A stretch of 64,000 nt of DNA from Candidatus Fervidifonticultor secundus (GCA_031459385.1 JAVKIP010000010.1:36120-100119), one strand, 5' to 3'. Positions 10,024 through 18,922 are shown, counted from the stretch's first letter. The notes: generated by a model not told the origin, from the sequence alone. Program-made: numbers and translations.

Positions 10024-10643
10024 CCGATGCGGCCGTAGGCCTGCTGGACCACCGCGGCCCGCGCGGCCTCCAGCGCGGCCAGCTGCGCCTGGACCTCGGC
10101 CCACAGTTCGTCGCTCCAAGCGCCGCCGATGCCCGCCAGGTTGATGCGGACGTTGAGCGCCGCGCTGGCGGCTGCGGCCTCGGCCATCACCGCGGCCACC
10201 GCCGCGTCGCTGAGCACCTGCGGGTTACCCTGCGCGGCGGCGATGCGAGAGAGGGCGCCGACCTGGCCGCACAGCGCCACGACTTCGGCCGGCACCTCGG
10301 CCGCCTCGCGCAGCGCGGCGCGGGTGGCCTCCCGGCGGGCGGCGCGCTGCTCGTCGGTCTCGCGCGGCAGCCGGTACGCGGCCATGACCCGGCGAAACGC
10401 GTCGGCGTCGCGGTCGATCGCCGCCAGCAGCCGCGCCCGCAGCGTCGCAGCGTCGTCGCGGACCCTGCGCATCTCGTCCTCGACCGCCGCGAACTTCTCC
10501 TTGCCCACCGTCAGGTTGGCCACCATCCCGACCAGGGCGGCCGCCACCGCGCCGACCAGCGCGGCGGCCGCACCGCCGCCGGGCTCGGGCGCGCTGGAGG
10601 CCAGCCGGTCGAGGAACTGCTCGATGGACAGCTCCGGATACAT
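10020..10643 (-). CDS. Cyclodeaminase/cyclohydrolase family protein (FTCD C-terminal/FchA-like)
   Basis: FLDRLASSAPEPGGG, MVANLTVGK, D.DA.AF, GNP...SD, NVRINL. GGAGG RBS. Confidence 0.9.
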   Translation of the reverse strand: MYPELSIEQFLDRLASSAPEPGGGAAAALVGAVAAALVGMVANLTVGKEKFAAVEDEMRRVRDDAATLRARLLAAIDRDADAFRRVMAAYRLPRETDEQRAARREATRAALREAAEVPAEVVALCGQVGALSRIAAAQGNPQVLSDAAVAAVMAEAAAASAALNVRINLAGIGGAWSDELWAEVQAQLAALEAARAAVVQQAYGRIG

Positions 10644-10654
10644 GCCGTCCTCCT

Positions 10655-12007
10655 TCAGGCCCCCGGCACGCCGACGTCGACCGCGGGCGCCGGTTGCGCG
10701 GGCGCCAGCAGGTGCGCGCGCACGGGCCCGGCGACGTGAAACGAGCCGGTGGCGCACACCACATCCTGGCGCCCGGCCGCGGCGATGGCGGCATCGGCCG
10801 CCGCCACCGGATCGTCCACCGTGCGCACACCGGCCACGTGCGGCCGGAACGCCGCCGCCACGGCCTCCGGCGCCAGCGCCCGCGGATCGTCGGCGCGCGC
10901 GGCCCAGACCGTGGTGGCGCGCGGCGCGATGATCCGCGCGATGCCGGCCAGGTCCTTGCTCCCCAGCAGCCCGACCACCAGGTGCACCCGGCGGCCGGGG
11001 AAGACCTCGTCGAGCACCCGCCGCAGCGCGCGGAACGAGACGACGTTGTGCGCGACGTCCACGATCACCACCGGCACGTCGCGCACGACCTCGACGCGCG
11101 CCGGCCACCGCAGCCCGGCCAGCCCGGCGCGGATCGCGTCCCCGTCCACGGTGAAGCCTTCGTCGGCCAGCGCCTCCGCCGCGGCCACGGCGCAGGCGGC
11201 GTTGAGGGCCTGGTGGCGCCCCAGCAGGGGCACGTGCAGGTCCGGGTAGGTCCCGCGCCGGCCGTGCACGGTCACGCGGGTACCATCACGGGCGACGCGG
11301 CGGGTGCGGTAGCGGACGTCACGGCCGACACGCACCAGGCGCGCGCCCAGCCGGGCCGCAGCCGCTTCGAGCACGCGCGCTGCGGCCGGCGCCTGGGCCA
11401 CGGTCACGACGGTGCGGCCGGGACGCATGATCCCGGCGTCCTCCGCCGCGATCTGCGCCAGCCGCGTGCCGACGATCTCCGTATGGTCGTAGTCGATGGT
11501 CGTGATCACGGCCAGACGCGCGTCGAGCACGTTGGTGGCGTCCAGCCGCCCGCCGATACCGACCTCGACCACGCCCAGATCCGCGCCCGCCCGGGCGAAC
11601 GCCAGGAACGCCACCGCAGCAGCCGCTTCGAAGTAGGACGGCGGCCACCCGGGCCCGCCAGCCCCCGCCTCTACGGCCGCGCGGAGGCGGGCCACGAGGG
11701 CTGCAAACGGCTCGGGCGCCAGCCACTGGCCGTCGAGCTGGAACCGCTCGCGGATGTCCACGAGATGCGGTTTCGTGTACAGCCCGACGCGCCACCCCGC
11801 GGCCGTGGCGATCGCCGCGACCATGGCGGCCGTCGACCCCTTCCCCTTGGTGCCGGCGACCAACACCGAGGGAAAGCAGCGCTCGGGGTGCCCGAGCAGC
11901 GCGCACAGCGTCCGCATGCGGTCCAGCTTCAGGGCGCCGGTCGGCTGACCTGGCGGCCGATGCCGCAGCAGCCCGGTGAGGAAGTCGAGGGCCTCAGTGT
12001 AGGTCAT
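10655..12007 (-). CDS. folC: Folylpolyglutamate synthase/dihydrofolate synthase
   Basis: AGTKGKGST, YTKPHL..RER, EVGIGGRLDATN, DVAHN, TGSFH. Confidence 0.93.
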   Translation of the reverse strand: MTYTEALDFLTGLLRHRPPGQPTGALKLDRMRTLCALLGHPERCFPSVLVAGTKGKGSTAAMVAAIATAAGWRVGLYTKPHLVDIRERFQLDGQWLAPEPFAALVARLRAAVEAGAGGPGWPPSYFEAAAAVAFLAFARAGADLGVVEVGIGGRLDATNVLDARLAVITTIDYDHTEIVGTRLAQIAAEDAGIMRPGRTVVTVAQAPAAARVLEAAAARLGARLVRVGRDVRYRTRRVARDGTRVTVHGRRGTYPDLHVPLLGRHQALNAACAVAAAEALADEGFTVDGDAIRAGLAGLRWPARVEVVRDVPVVIVDVAHNVVSFRALRRVLDEVFPGRRVHLVVGLLGSKDLAGIARIIAPRATTVWAARADDPRALAPEAVAAAFRPHVAGVRTVDDPVAAADAAIAAAGRQDVVCATGSFHVAGPVRAHLLAPAQPAPAVDVGVPGA

Positions 12008-12053
12008 CGGCCGCGATCCCGCGCGGGCGGCCTGCCGCAGCCGCCCCGCACTG

Positions 12054-13133
12054 TCACGTCATCGGCACGCGGGTCAGGAGCCGCCCCTCGATCCGCTCGA
12101 GAATATCGGGAATGCTCGGGCCGGTGATGGTGAGGCCGTGGTTGCGCAGGCCTACCACGGCGCGGTTGGGGTCCGGGCTCTGCGCGACCAGCTCGGAGAC
12201 GGCGCGAGCCAGCTCGTAGGTCCCGCACGGGTACTGGATCTGGGTGGACGTCACGCCCTCCATCCAGGCGTGGACGTGGATAATGGCACCCACGCGCGGG
12301 TGCGCGGTGTAGATCATCCAGTGCTCGATGGCATCCACCGAGACCCGGCGCGGTTCGATGTGCGGCGGCACACTGAGCACGATCACGTTGCGGGAGGGCT
12401 CGTACCCTTTGACCATCAGGATGTCCCGCCCGACGGTCTTCAGGTTGCCCTTGTTCACCCCGCTGGCGCTCATCCAGAAGCGCCGGGCGTCCTTGCGGAC
12501 GCTGAGGTTGCCGTAGGAGAGGCCCCCGATGCCGAACAGGCGCTTGACGTGCACCAGGTCGCGCGGTGGCAGCAGCTCCTCGATGGGGAAGGCGGCGGGC
12601 AGCAGCTTGAGCTCGTCCAGACGGCGGCCGGCCTCGGCCAGCTGCCGGGTCAGCGCGTCGCCGTCCCACAGCTCGGGCTCCAGGTCGGGGTGGAACTCGT
12701 TGTTGATGACCAGCTGGGCAGATGCCAGCGGGTAGAGCCGCTCGAAGACCCGTGCGAAGAAGGTCGCGTCGTCGGCTTCGTCGATGAGGAAGTAGCCCTG
12801 CTCGAGGGTCACCACCAGCGCGCGGGCCCGGTGGGCCGCGGCGGGCACCAGGTAGATCACCATGTTGCCCAGGGTGCGGACCAGCAGCGGGTAGACGGCC
12901 GGCAGGATCTCGCCCTCGGGCTGCGGGCCCTCGACGATAGAGACCACGAAGACGGCCTGCGCCTTGCGGCGGAAGGGCCGCGGCGCCTCCCGGTTCGCGA
13001 AGTGCAGGACCACGCGGGGCGAGCGCTCGGGCGTCGTCTCTTCCAACCCCCGGGCCCGCATCACCTGCTGGAGGCCCTGGGCGAACCACTCCTGCACCGG
13101 CGTGCGCGGTGCCCCGGAGCGAGCAAAGGTCAT
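12054..13133 (-). CDS. Class II aldolase/adducin family protein with long N-terminal extension
   Basis: YGNLSVR, SASG..K, IHVH, LRNHG metal ligands in the C-terminal half. Confidence 0.8.
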   Translation of the reverse strand: MTFARSGAPRTPVQEWFAQGLQQVMRARGLEETTPERSPRVVLHFANREAPRPFRRKAQAVFVVSIVEGPQPEGEILPAVYPLLVRTLGNMVIYLVPAAAHRARALVVTLEQGYFLIDEADDATFFARVFERLYPLASAQLVINNEFHPDLEPELWDGDALTRQLAEAGRRLDELKLLPAAFPIEELLPPRDLVHVKRLFGIGGLSYGNLSVRKDARRFWMSASGVNKGNLKTVGRDILMVKGYEPSRNVIVLSVPPHIEPRRVSVDAIEHWMIYTAHPRVGAIIHVHAWMEGVTSTQIQYPCGTYELARAVSELVAQSPDPNRAVVGLRNHGLTITGPSIPDILERIEGRLLTRVPMT

Positions 13134-13226
13134 GGCGCGATCCTCCACGGCGCTGGGCGCATCGGTCTTCGAACTCCGCTCCTTACTCTAGCGCAAAATG
13201 CCGGGCGCCGCCGCAGGCCGTGGCGG

Positions 13227-14198
13227 CTACCGCGCCCGCATCAGCACGAACGACGCCAGTGCCTGCAGGCTCGCCCGGGCCGGTCCGGGCGGCAGCGGGT
13301 GGAGCGCGGTCACGGCCCGGTCGGCGTAGGCCTGCGCCACGTGCAGCGCCCGCCGCACGCCGCCGTAGCGATCCACGAGCGCCTGCAGTTCGGCAAGCCC
13401 CCCGGCCCCACCGCGGACCAGCGCCCGCAGGCGGTCGCGATCCGCCGGGGGGGCCTCGCGCAGCGCGGCGATGACCGGCAGGGTCGTCTTTCCGGTGTCG
13501 ATGTCGCTGCCGATGGGCTTCCCCATGGCCTCGGGGTCGCCGACCAGGTCCAGCGCATCGTCGGTGATCTGGAAGCACATCCCCCAGGCCAGGCCGAAGG
13601 CTTCGAGCGCGTCGGCGACCGCGGGTGTAGCCCCGGCTACCAGCCCGCCCGCCCGGCAGGCCGCCGCGAACAGGCGCGCGGTCTTGCCTTCGATGATGCG
13701 GAAGTAGACGGCGTCGTCGTCGTAGGGCTCGCCGCCGACCTTGGTCGCCAGGATCTCGGCCTCGCTCATGGCCACGGCCGCCCGCGCGATCGTCGGCGCG
13801 ACCTGGGGATGCCGGATCCGGCTCACCAGGTCGAACGCGGTCGCGAAGAGGTAGTCGCCCAGCAGCACGGCGATCTGGTTGCCCCAGAGCACATTGACCG
13901 TGGAGACACCGCGGCGCAGATCGGAGGCGTCGATCACGTCGTCGTGGACCAGCGAGGCGATGTGGATCAACTCCACGGCCCCGGCCAACCAGAGGCGCTG
14001 CTCGTCGGCCCCGCCCGCCGCCGCCGCCGACAGCAGCGCCAGCGCCGGGCGGACCAGCTTGCCGCGCGAGGCCAGCACGTGCTCGACGAGCTCGCCGATG
14101 AAGGGGTCGTCGGTGCGCAGCTCGCGTCGCAGCAGATCGTACAGCCCCTCGAGGTCGTCGGCGACGGGCCGGTAGATCTCCTGGAGATCCAACGCCAC
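13227..14198 (-). CDS. Polyprenyl diphosphate synthase (HepT/IspB-like)
   Basis: GKLVRP, ELIH.ASLVHDDVID....RRG, KTA, FQITDDALD, GKP.G.D. Start estimated. Confidence 0.93.
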   Translation of the reverse strand: MALDLQEIYRPVADDLEGLYDLLRRELRTDDPFIGELVEHVLASRGKLVRPALALLSAAAAGGADEQRLWLAGAVELIHIASLVHDDVIDASDLRRGVSTVNVLWGNQIAVLLGDYLFATAFDLVSRIRHPQVAPTIARAAVAMSEAEILATKVGGEPYDDDAVYFRIIEGKTARLFAAACRAGGLVAGATPAVADALEAFGLAWGMCFQITDDALDLVGDPEAMGKPIGSDIDTGKTTLPVIAALREAPPADRDRLRALVRGGAGGLAELQALVDRYGGVRRALHVAQAYADRAVTALHPLPPGPARASLQALASFVLMRAR

Positions 14199-14200
14199 GC

Positions 14201-14617
14201 TCAACGGTCCACCCTGATGGTCATCGCCATGCCGGCCTCGCGGTGGCCGGGGATGTTGCAGTAGGCGGTGTGCGCTCCCGGCGGCAGCTCGAAGATCGCG
14301 GTCCTGGTCTCCCCTGGCGGCACGCCGTCGATGGCCGCGCCCGGTATCGCGTCGACGACCAGGTTGTGCTCCACCAGCCCCTCGTTCCTGACCCGCACGG
14401 CGATCCGCCCGGCCCGCACCACGACCGAGGGCGGCGCAAACGCCCACTCGCGCGCGACCACCTCCACGGTCGCCGCCGGGGAGCGCTCGGGCGACCCGCT
14501 CCGCGGACCGCAGGCGCCGCCAACCAGTGCCAGCACCAGCAGCGCCGCGCGGTAGGCCCGCAGGCTCCGCCGGTGCCCTGACCCCCTCTCTCCCGGCGAG
14601 AGAAGCCGCCGTCTCAC
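14201..14617 (-). CDS. Cupredoxin (type 1 copper) lipoprotein
   Basis: Lipobox-like GGAC; HNL ... YCNIPGHREAGM (C-x4-H-x4-M). Confidence 0.85.
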   Translation of the reverse strand: MRRRLLSPGERGSGHRRSLRAYRAALLVLALVGGACGPRSGSPERSPAATVEVVAREWAFAPPSVVVRAGRIAVRVRNEGLVEHNLVVDAIPGAAIDGVPPGETRTAIFELPPGAHTAYCNIPGHREAGMAMTIRVDR

Positions 14618-14627
14618 GCCCTAGCCT

Positions 14628-14732
14628 TCAGGCTTCAGCGATGAGGCCGAACGACGCGACGAACGCCAGCAGCAGGAAGAAGAAGACGTAGAAGAGCAGG
14701 TAGGCCAGCCAGACGCGCAGCGGGCGCTTCAT
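14628..14732 (-). CDS. 34-aa single-TM protein
   Basis: MKRPLRVWLAYLLFYVFFFLLLAFVASFGLIAEA. ATGA overlap with the upstream gene, GGAGG RBS, high GC3. Confidence 0.7.
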   Translation of the reverse strand: MKRPLRVWLAYLLFYVFFFLLLAFVASFGLIAEA

Positions 14733-15217
14733 GCCCCTCCCTCCTCCGCAGGCTGGGCGGCGGCCGCCGGCCGCCGCGCGGGCCCCGTGCCGCTGGCTGC
14801 CGGCCCCAGGGCCCGGAGGCGCTCCACCATGGCCGCGATGTCGGCGAGAAACGCCTCCCGGTCGTGGAGCCCATGGGCCAGCATCTGCAGGCGCTCCGGC
14901 GGCACCCTGCGTCGCTGCAGCCGCCGCTGCAACTGGTCCACGCGCTCGCGCATCAGGTAGTTGCCCTCGCGGTTCAGGCAGTCGCCGTAGGGGCACCCGA
15001 CCACGAAGACGCCGTCGGCGCCGGCCTTGAGCGCGTCCTCCAGCCAGCCTGGCCGGATGAAGCCCGAGCACGGGATGCGGATGAGGACCACGGACGGGTG
15101 GGCGAGCAGCCGGCCGGCCGCATCCGCCAGGTCGGTCGTGGCCACCGCCCAGTCGCATACGAAGCCCACGATCCGGGGAGCCCAGGCGCCGTGCGCGGTC
15201 GATGCCTGCGCCGTCAT
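14729..15217 (-). CDS. MvhD/FlpD-like [2Fe-2S] protein
   Basis: GFVCDW, RIPCSG, GADGV.VVGC..GDC...EGN; all four Cys ligands present. Confidence 0.88.
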   Translation of the reverse strand: MTAQASTAHGAWAPRIVGFVCDWAVATTDLADAAGRLLAHPSVVLIRIPCSGFIRPGWLEDALKAGADGVFVVGCPYGDCLNREGNYLMRERVDQLQRRLQRRRVPPERLQMLAHGLHDREAFLADIAAMVERLRALGPAASGTGPARRPAAAAQPAEEGGA

Positions 15218-16389
15218 GCCCGCACCGCCGCTGCCACCTGCACCGCCTCCTGCACGCGCCGCGTCACGTCGGCTTCCAGCAGACCCGGGAGTTCCAGCGC
15301 CTCGAACGGGCACGCGCCGATGCAGATGCCGCACTCGACGCACCGCGAGTCGATGACCACCGCCAGCAGCTTGCGGCTCGCCGCAGCCCGCGACAGGCCG
15401 GGGTGGGGCGACGGGACCATGACGATGGCGTTGTAGGGGCAGTCGTAGTAGCACAACTCGCAGCCCGTGCAGTTGCCGTCGATGACCTGTGCCACACCCG
15501 CGTGCCGCACGCCCATCTCCCGCGGCGTCTCGCGGCTGAGATAGGGGATGACGAACCCCGCCCCCAGCGTCACTGCCACCAGGGCCACCACCAGACCGGG
15601 CGGCACGAAGCCGGCGAGCCAGAACGGCAGCAGGAAGAAGACGTCCAGCGGCATCGCCTGCGGGGCGGTTCCGGGCCGGGCCGGGACCCCGCCGACCGCC
15701 GGGATCACCGCCGCCAGCACCGTTACCAGCCCCAGGCTGACCAGCACCCAGGTGGCAGGCGGCCAGACCTTCGGATGGCGCAGCCGCACGTAGTGCCACC
15801 ACAGCAGCACGTAGAGCAGCGACGCCGGTCCGACGTGCAGCAACAGAATGCGGGGCAGGGTGCCCTCCGACAGCCCGGCGCCGCCCACCAGCAGGCCGGC
15901 CAGCGCGTCGCCGACGGCCGGGATGGCCCGCAGCAGTCGGTCGAACAGGCCCAGCACGGCCAGCGCCCGCTCGTCCCATACCAGGATGTAGCCGGTGGCG
16001 CCCACGAAGCCGCCGAAGATGAGCATGAACATCCCCGAGATCCACGGGGAGTCGCGCGAGAACAGGTACCGGTCGGTGAACCAGTTCCGGAAGAGGTGCA
16101 GCAGGGCTGCCACGATGAACGCATCGGCCGCGTACCGGTGGATGCCCCGGATCAACCCCCCGTACGGCACCTGCTCGGTCAGGTAGACCACCGACGGGTG
16201 CGCGCCGCCGAGGCTCGGCACGTAGTAGAAGAAGATGAAGATCCCGGAGAGGACCAGGATGAACAGGAACAGGTTCGTGAGCCCGCCGGTGTAGTAGAGC
16301 GGATTCCAGTCCGTGGGGTAGATGCGGTTGATGCCCACGTCCAGGCGCAGGGTGAACCGTTGCAGCGCGGTCAGGGCTTTCCGGTACAC
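15214..16389 (-). CDS. Cytochrome b fused to a C-terminal 2x[4Fe-4S] ferredoxin domain
   Basis: Two H-x13-H pairs (HRYAADAFIVAALLH; HVGPASLLYVLLWWH), then CTGCELCYYDCP and CVECGICIGACP. Confidence 0.9.
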   Translation of the reverse strand: MYRKALTALQRFTLRLDVGINRIYPTDWNPLYYTGGLTNLFLFILVLSGIFIFFYYVPSLGGAHPSVVYLTEQVPYGGLIRGIHRYAADAFIVAALLHLFRNWFTDRYLFSRDSPWISGMFMLIFGGFVGATGYILVWDERALAVLGLFDRLLRAIPAVGDALAGLLVGGAGLSEGTLPRILLLHVGPASLLYVLLWWHYVRLRHPKVWPPATWVLVSLGLVTVLAAVIPAVGGVPARPGTAPQAMPLDVFFLLPFWLAGFVPPGLVVALVAVTLGAGFVIPYLSRETPREMGVRHAGVAQVIDGNCTGCELCYYDCPYNAIVMVPSPHPGLSRAAASRKLLAVVIDSRCVECGICIGACPFEALELPGLLEADVTRRVQEAVQVAAAVRA

Positions 16390-16399
16390 AGGGCCCCCC

Positions 16400-16669
16400 T
16401 CACGGCACGGGCTTGACCCACCGCCCGCGCAGGTCGTCCTCCGCCTCGGCGCGGCGCGGCCCGATCGTCCCCAGCTTGCGGAGCAGCAGCAGGATCAGGC
16501 CGTAGACGATGAACAGCACACCCAGGGCGGCGCCGCCGAGCTGCCAGAACACGCGGCGCTCGGCGCTGCCCAGGGCCTCGCCCAGCACGATGAGCGCCGC
16601 GCAGGCCGCACCCACCACCGCGAGCCCCAGGACCCCGCTGGTGTACCTGCGGCTGCTGTCCTCCATCAT
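16400..16669 (-). CDS. Small two-TM membrane protein
   Basis: MMEDSSRRYTSGVLGLAVVG...; translationally coupled within the bc cluster. Confidence 0.7.
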   Translation of the reverse strand: MMEDSSRRYTSGVLGLAVVGAACAALIVLGEALGSAERRVFWQLGGAALGVLFIVYGLILLLLRKLGTIGPRRAEAEDDLRGRWVKPVP

Positions 16670-16947
16670 GCCGATCCGGCACCCCCCTGCGGGCGATCCG
16701 CCCGCCGGTCCAACCAGCGGTCGAACAGCGGCATCGGCCGACGCGTGCGGCCCGCGGTCCGGTCGGCCGCGTAGATGACGAACGCCAGGTACCCCAGGCT
16801 GACCCAGAACGCCGCCATCCAGCCCAGGGCCTCGACCGGCCCGTACAGCCGCTGGCCTTCCAGGGCACTGCGCACCCCCTGCCACAGGCGCGAGAAGCTC
16901 TCCACCGCCACCGCGAACGCCGCCACGGAGCCGCCGAGCCGCAGCAT
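16666..16947 (-). CDS. Small membrane protein
   Basis: 93 aa, hydrophobic (LGWMAAFWVSLGYLAFVIY); starts 3 nt after the cytochrome b stop. Confidence 0.7.
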   Translation of the reverse strand: MLRLGGSVAAFAVAVESFSRLWQGVRSALEGQRLYGPVEALGWMAAFWVSLGYLAFVIYAADRTAGRTRRPMPLFDRWLDRRADRPQGGAGSA

Positions 16948-16950
16948 CGC

Positions 16951-18138
16951 CTAGTGCGCCTCCGCCCGCGCGACCCCGGCGGCTGCCACCGCGCGGCCGG
17001 AGGCGCCGGCCGCTGCCTGCGCCGCGGCGCGCGCCTGCTGCCGGCGGTACCGGAGCTCCCAGACGAACGCCAGCGTCAGCACGACGGTCGTCACCAGCAA
17101 CACCAGCGGCGGCTCGCGCTCGATCACAGCGATGTTGAACAGGATCAACGCCGTGAAGACCAGGAAGTAGACCAGCGCCAGCAGACCCACCACGAAGAAG
17201 AACGGACGCTCCAGGGGCCGGCGGCCCTTGCTGCGGTCGAGAAACGGCACCAGCATTCCGAAGCCGATCAGCAGCCCGGGCCCCAGGCCCGCCCACAGCG
17301 GCGGCGTGTACTTCACGTACTGGTAGAGCGCCAGGAAGTACCAGTCCGAGAGGATGGGCAGCGGAGTGCGGTTGGGATCGGCGCGGCGGCCGAGCTCCGC
17401 CGGCAGCGCCCAGGAGATGTAGACCAGCATGACCGAGAACAGCAGGATCGGAAACAGCGACATGTTCAGGCGCTGCCGCCGCGTGCGGTAGTAGAACACC
17501 TCGATGACGATGAGCAGCACCAGCGAGATCCCGAAGTGCAGGGCGTAGAAGCGCGTGAGGGTGGCGGCGCCGATGGCCGGCCCGCCCAGGAACAGGTAGG
17601 CGATCATGGAGCCGACCTGGAACCGCTCGCCGATGACCGGGATCTTGGCAGTGAGCTCGTCGAAGTACACCGGCACGGTCAGCACCGTCTTGGCCGCCCA
17701 GAACGCCCGCTGGTTCCAGATGAGCAGGTAGCCGGTGATCCCGGAGATCATGGCCAGCACGAGCCCCGCGAACCCCCAGATCCAGCTTAGCTCGCCCGGC
17801 CGTTTGTACTCGCCCAGGAAGTACATGCGGTAGATGCGGAGGATGATGCACAGGATCACGCCGTCGGCCGCGTACTTGTGGACGCCGCGGATCAGCCAGC
17901 CCAGCGGCACCGCGTGCTGGATGTGCAGGATGGAGTTGTACGCGCCCTCGGGCGTCGGCTCGTACCAGAGCATGAGCAGGATGCCGCTGACCACGGTGAC
18001 GAGCCAGAAGTAGTACAGCATCGGGCCCAGCAGGTAGAACGGGTTCGCCTGCCGGGTCACCATCGTCTCGTCGAACAGGTCCAGCCGGCTCCGGCGGTCC
18101 CGGTACCACTCGCGCAGGTTGTCCCACACCCTGGCCAT
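16951..18138 (-). CDS. qcrB: Cytochrome b of a Rieske/cyt b complex, atypical
   Basis: GWLIRGVH, TGYLL.W.Q.AFWA, IPVIG, LTRFYALH, PEWY-equivalent TP..ILSDWYFL. Both bH-side His are absent. Confidence 0.9.
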   Translation of the reverse strand: MARVWDNLREWYRDRRSRLDLFDETMVTRQANPFYLLGPMLYYFWLVTVVSGILLMLWYEPTPEGAYNSILHIQHAVPLGWLIRGVHKYAADGVILCIILRIYRMYFLGEYKRPGELSWIWGFAGLVLAMISGITGYLLIWNQRAFWAAKTVLTVPVYFDELTAKIPVIGERFQVGSMIAYLFLGGPAIGAATLTRFYALHFGISLVLLIVIEVFYYRTRRQRLNMSLFPILLFSVMLVYISWALPAELGRRADPNRTPLPILSDWYFLALYQYVKYTPPLWAGLGPGLLIGFGMLVPFLDRSKGRRPLERPFFFVVGLLALVYFLVFTALILFNIAVIEREPPLVLLVTTVVLTLAFVWELRYRRQQARAAAQAAAGASGRAVAAAGVARAEAH

Positions 18139-18183
18139 CGGTCCTCGCTACGGTGTCTGGTGGGGCGCTGCAGGACCCCGCCC

Positions 18184-18846
18184 CTAGGCGATCCCGCCCG
18201 GCTCGACGTGGCGCACCAGCACCTGGTCGCCCTCGACGGTGTAGAAGAACGTCCGCGGGGGCCGCGGGGCTGGTCCCGACAGCACCCGCCCGGGCTGCTC
18301 GGGATCGGCCGGGTCGTAGATGCTCAGGTGGCACGGGCATCCCATGAGGGCATGCTGGCGGCTCTTGGGCGGGACGTAGCCACCGTAGCCCGCGGTGATC
18401 TCGCGCCAGTCGGCGACGAAGTTGTAGATGCACCCCAGGTGCGGGCAGATCCGGGAGAAGACGATGATCTCGCTCTCGGTGAACTGCGGCGTCTCCCCGA
18501 TGGCGCGCACCCAGTCCCAGGGCATGCGGATCTTGGTCGGCAGGCGGATCGCCACGCCCGGCACCGACGCGCTCCGGAAGCCCTCGGGCGTGTACTGGGG
18601 GTACTTCTGGGTGTAGACAAAGTACTTGAAGTCCCAGGGCTTCTGCAGTTCGGCCAGCGTCGCCGCCACGACCGGCTCGCCCGCCGGCGGATCGTGCTTG
18701 GTCGGCTGCAGCACGTTGAAGGGCTCCACGTTCGGCTTGAGGAAGCGCAAAAGCGGCGAACCGAACGCGACGAGTCCTCCCACCAGCGGCAGCGCCGCAG
18801 CGGCGCGGAGGAAGCGGCGGCGATCCAGGACGCGGTCGTGGGCCAT
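18184..18846 (-). CDS. qcrA: Rieske [2Fe-2S] subunit
   Basis: Tat motif DRRRFLR, CPHLGC, CPCHLSIY, GPAPRP. Confidence 0.93.
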   Translation of the reverse strand: MAHDRVLDRRRFLRAAAALPLVGGLVAFGSPLLRFLKPNVEPFNVLQPTKHDPPAGEPVVAATLAELQKPWDFKYFVYTQKYPQYTPEGFRSASVPGVAIRLPTKIRMPWDWVRAIGETPQFTESEIIVFSRICPHLGCIYNFVADWREITAGYGGYVPPKSRQHALMGCPCHLSIYDPADPEQPGRVLSGPAPRPPRTFFYTVEGDQVLVRHVEPGGIA

Positions 18847-18922
18847 CAGCAAGCTCCCACATCCAGCATACACGGCCGCCACGCGCCCGGGGAAGTGGAC
18901 CCGACCGGACCGGCCATCGGTC

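Noticed and set aside
14729..15217. MvhD as evidence of a hydrogenase or methanogenesis
   Set aside because: No hydrogenase large/small subunit or Hdr genes in the window.
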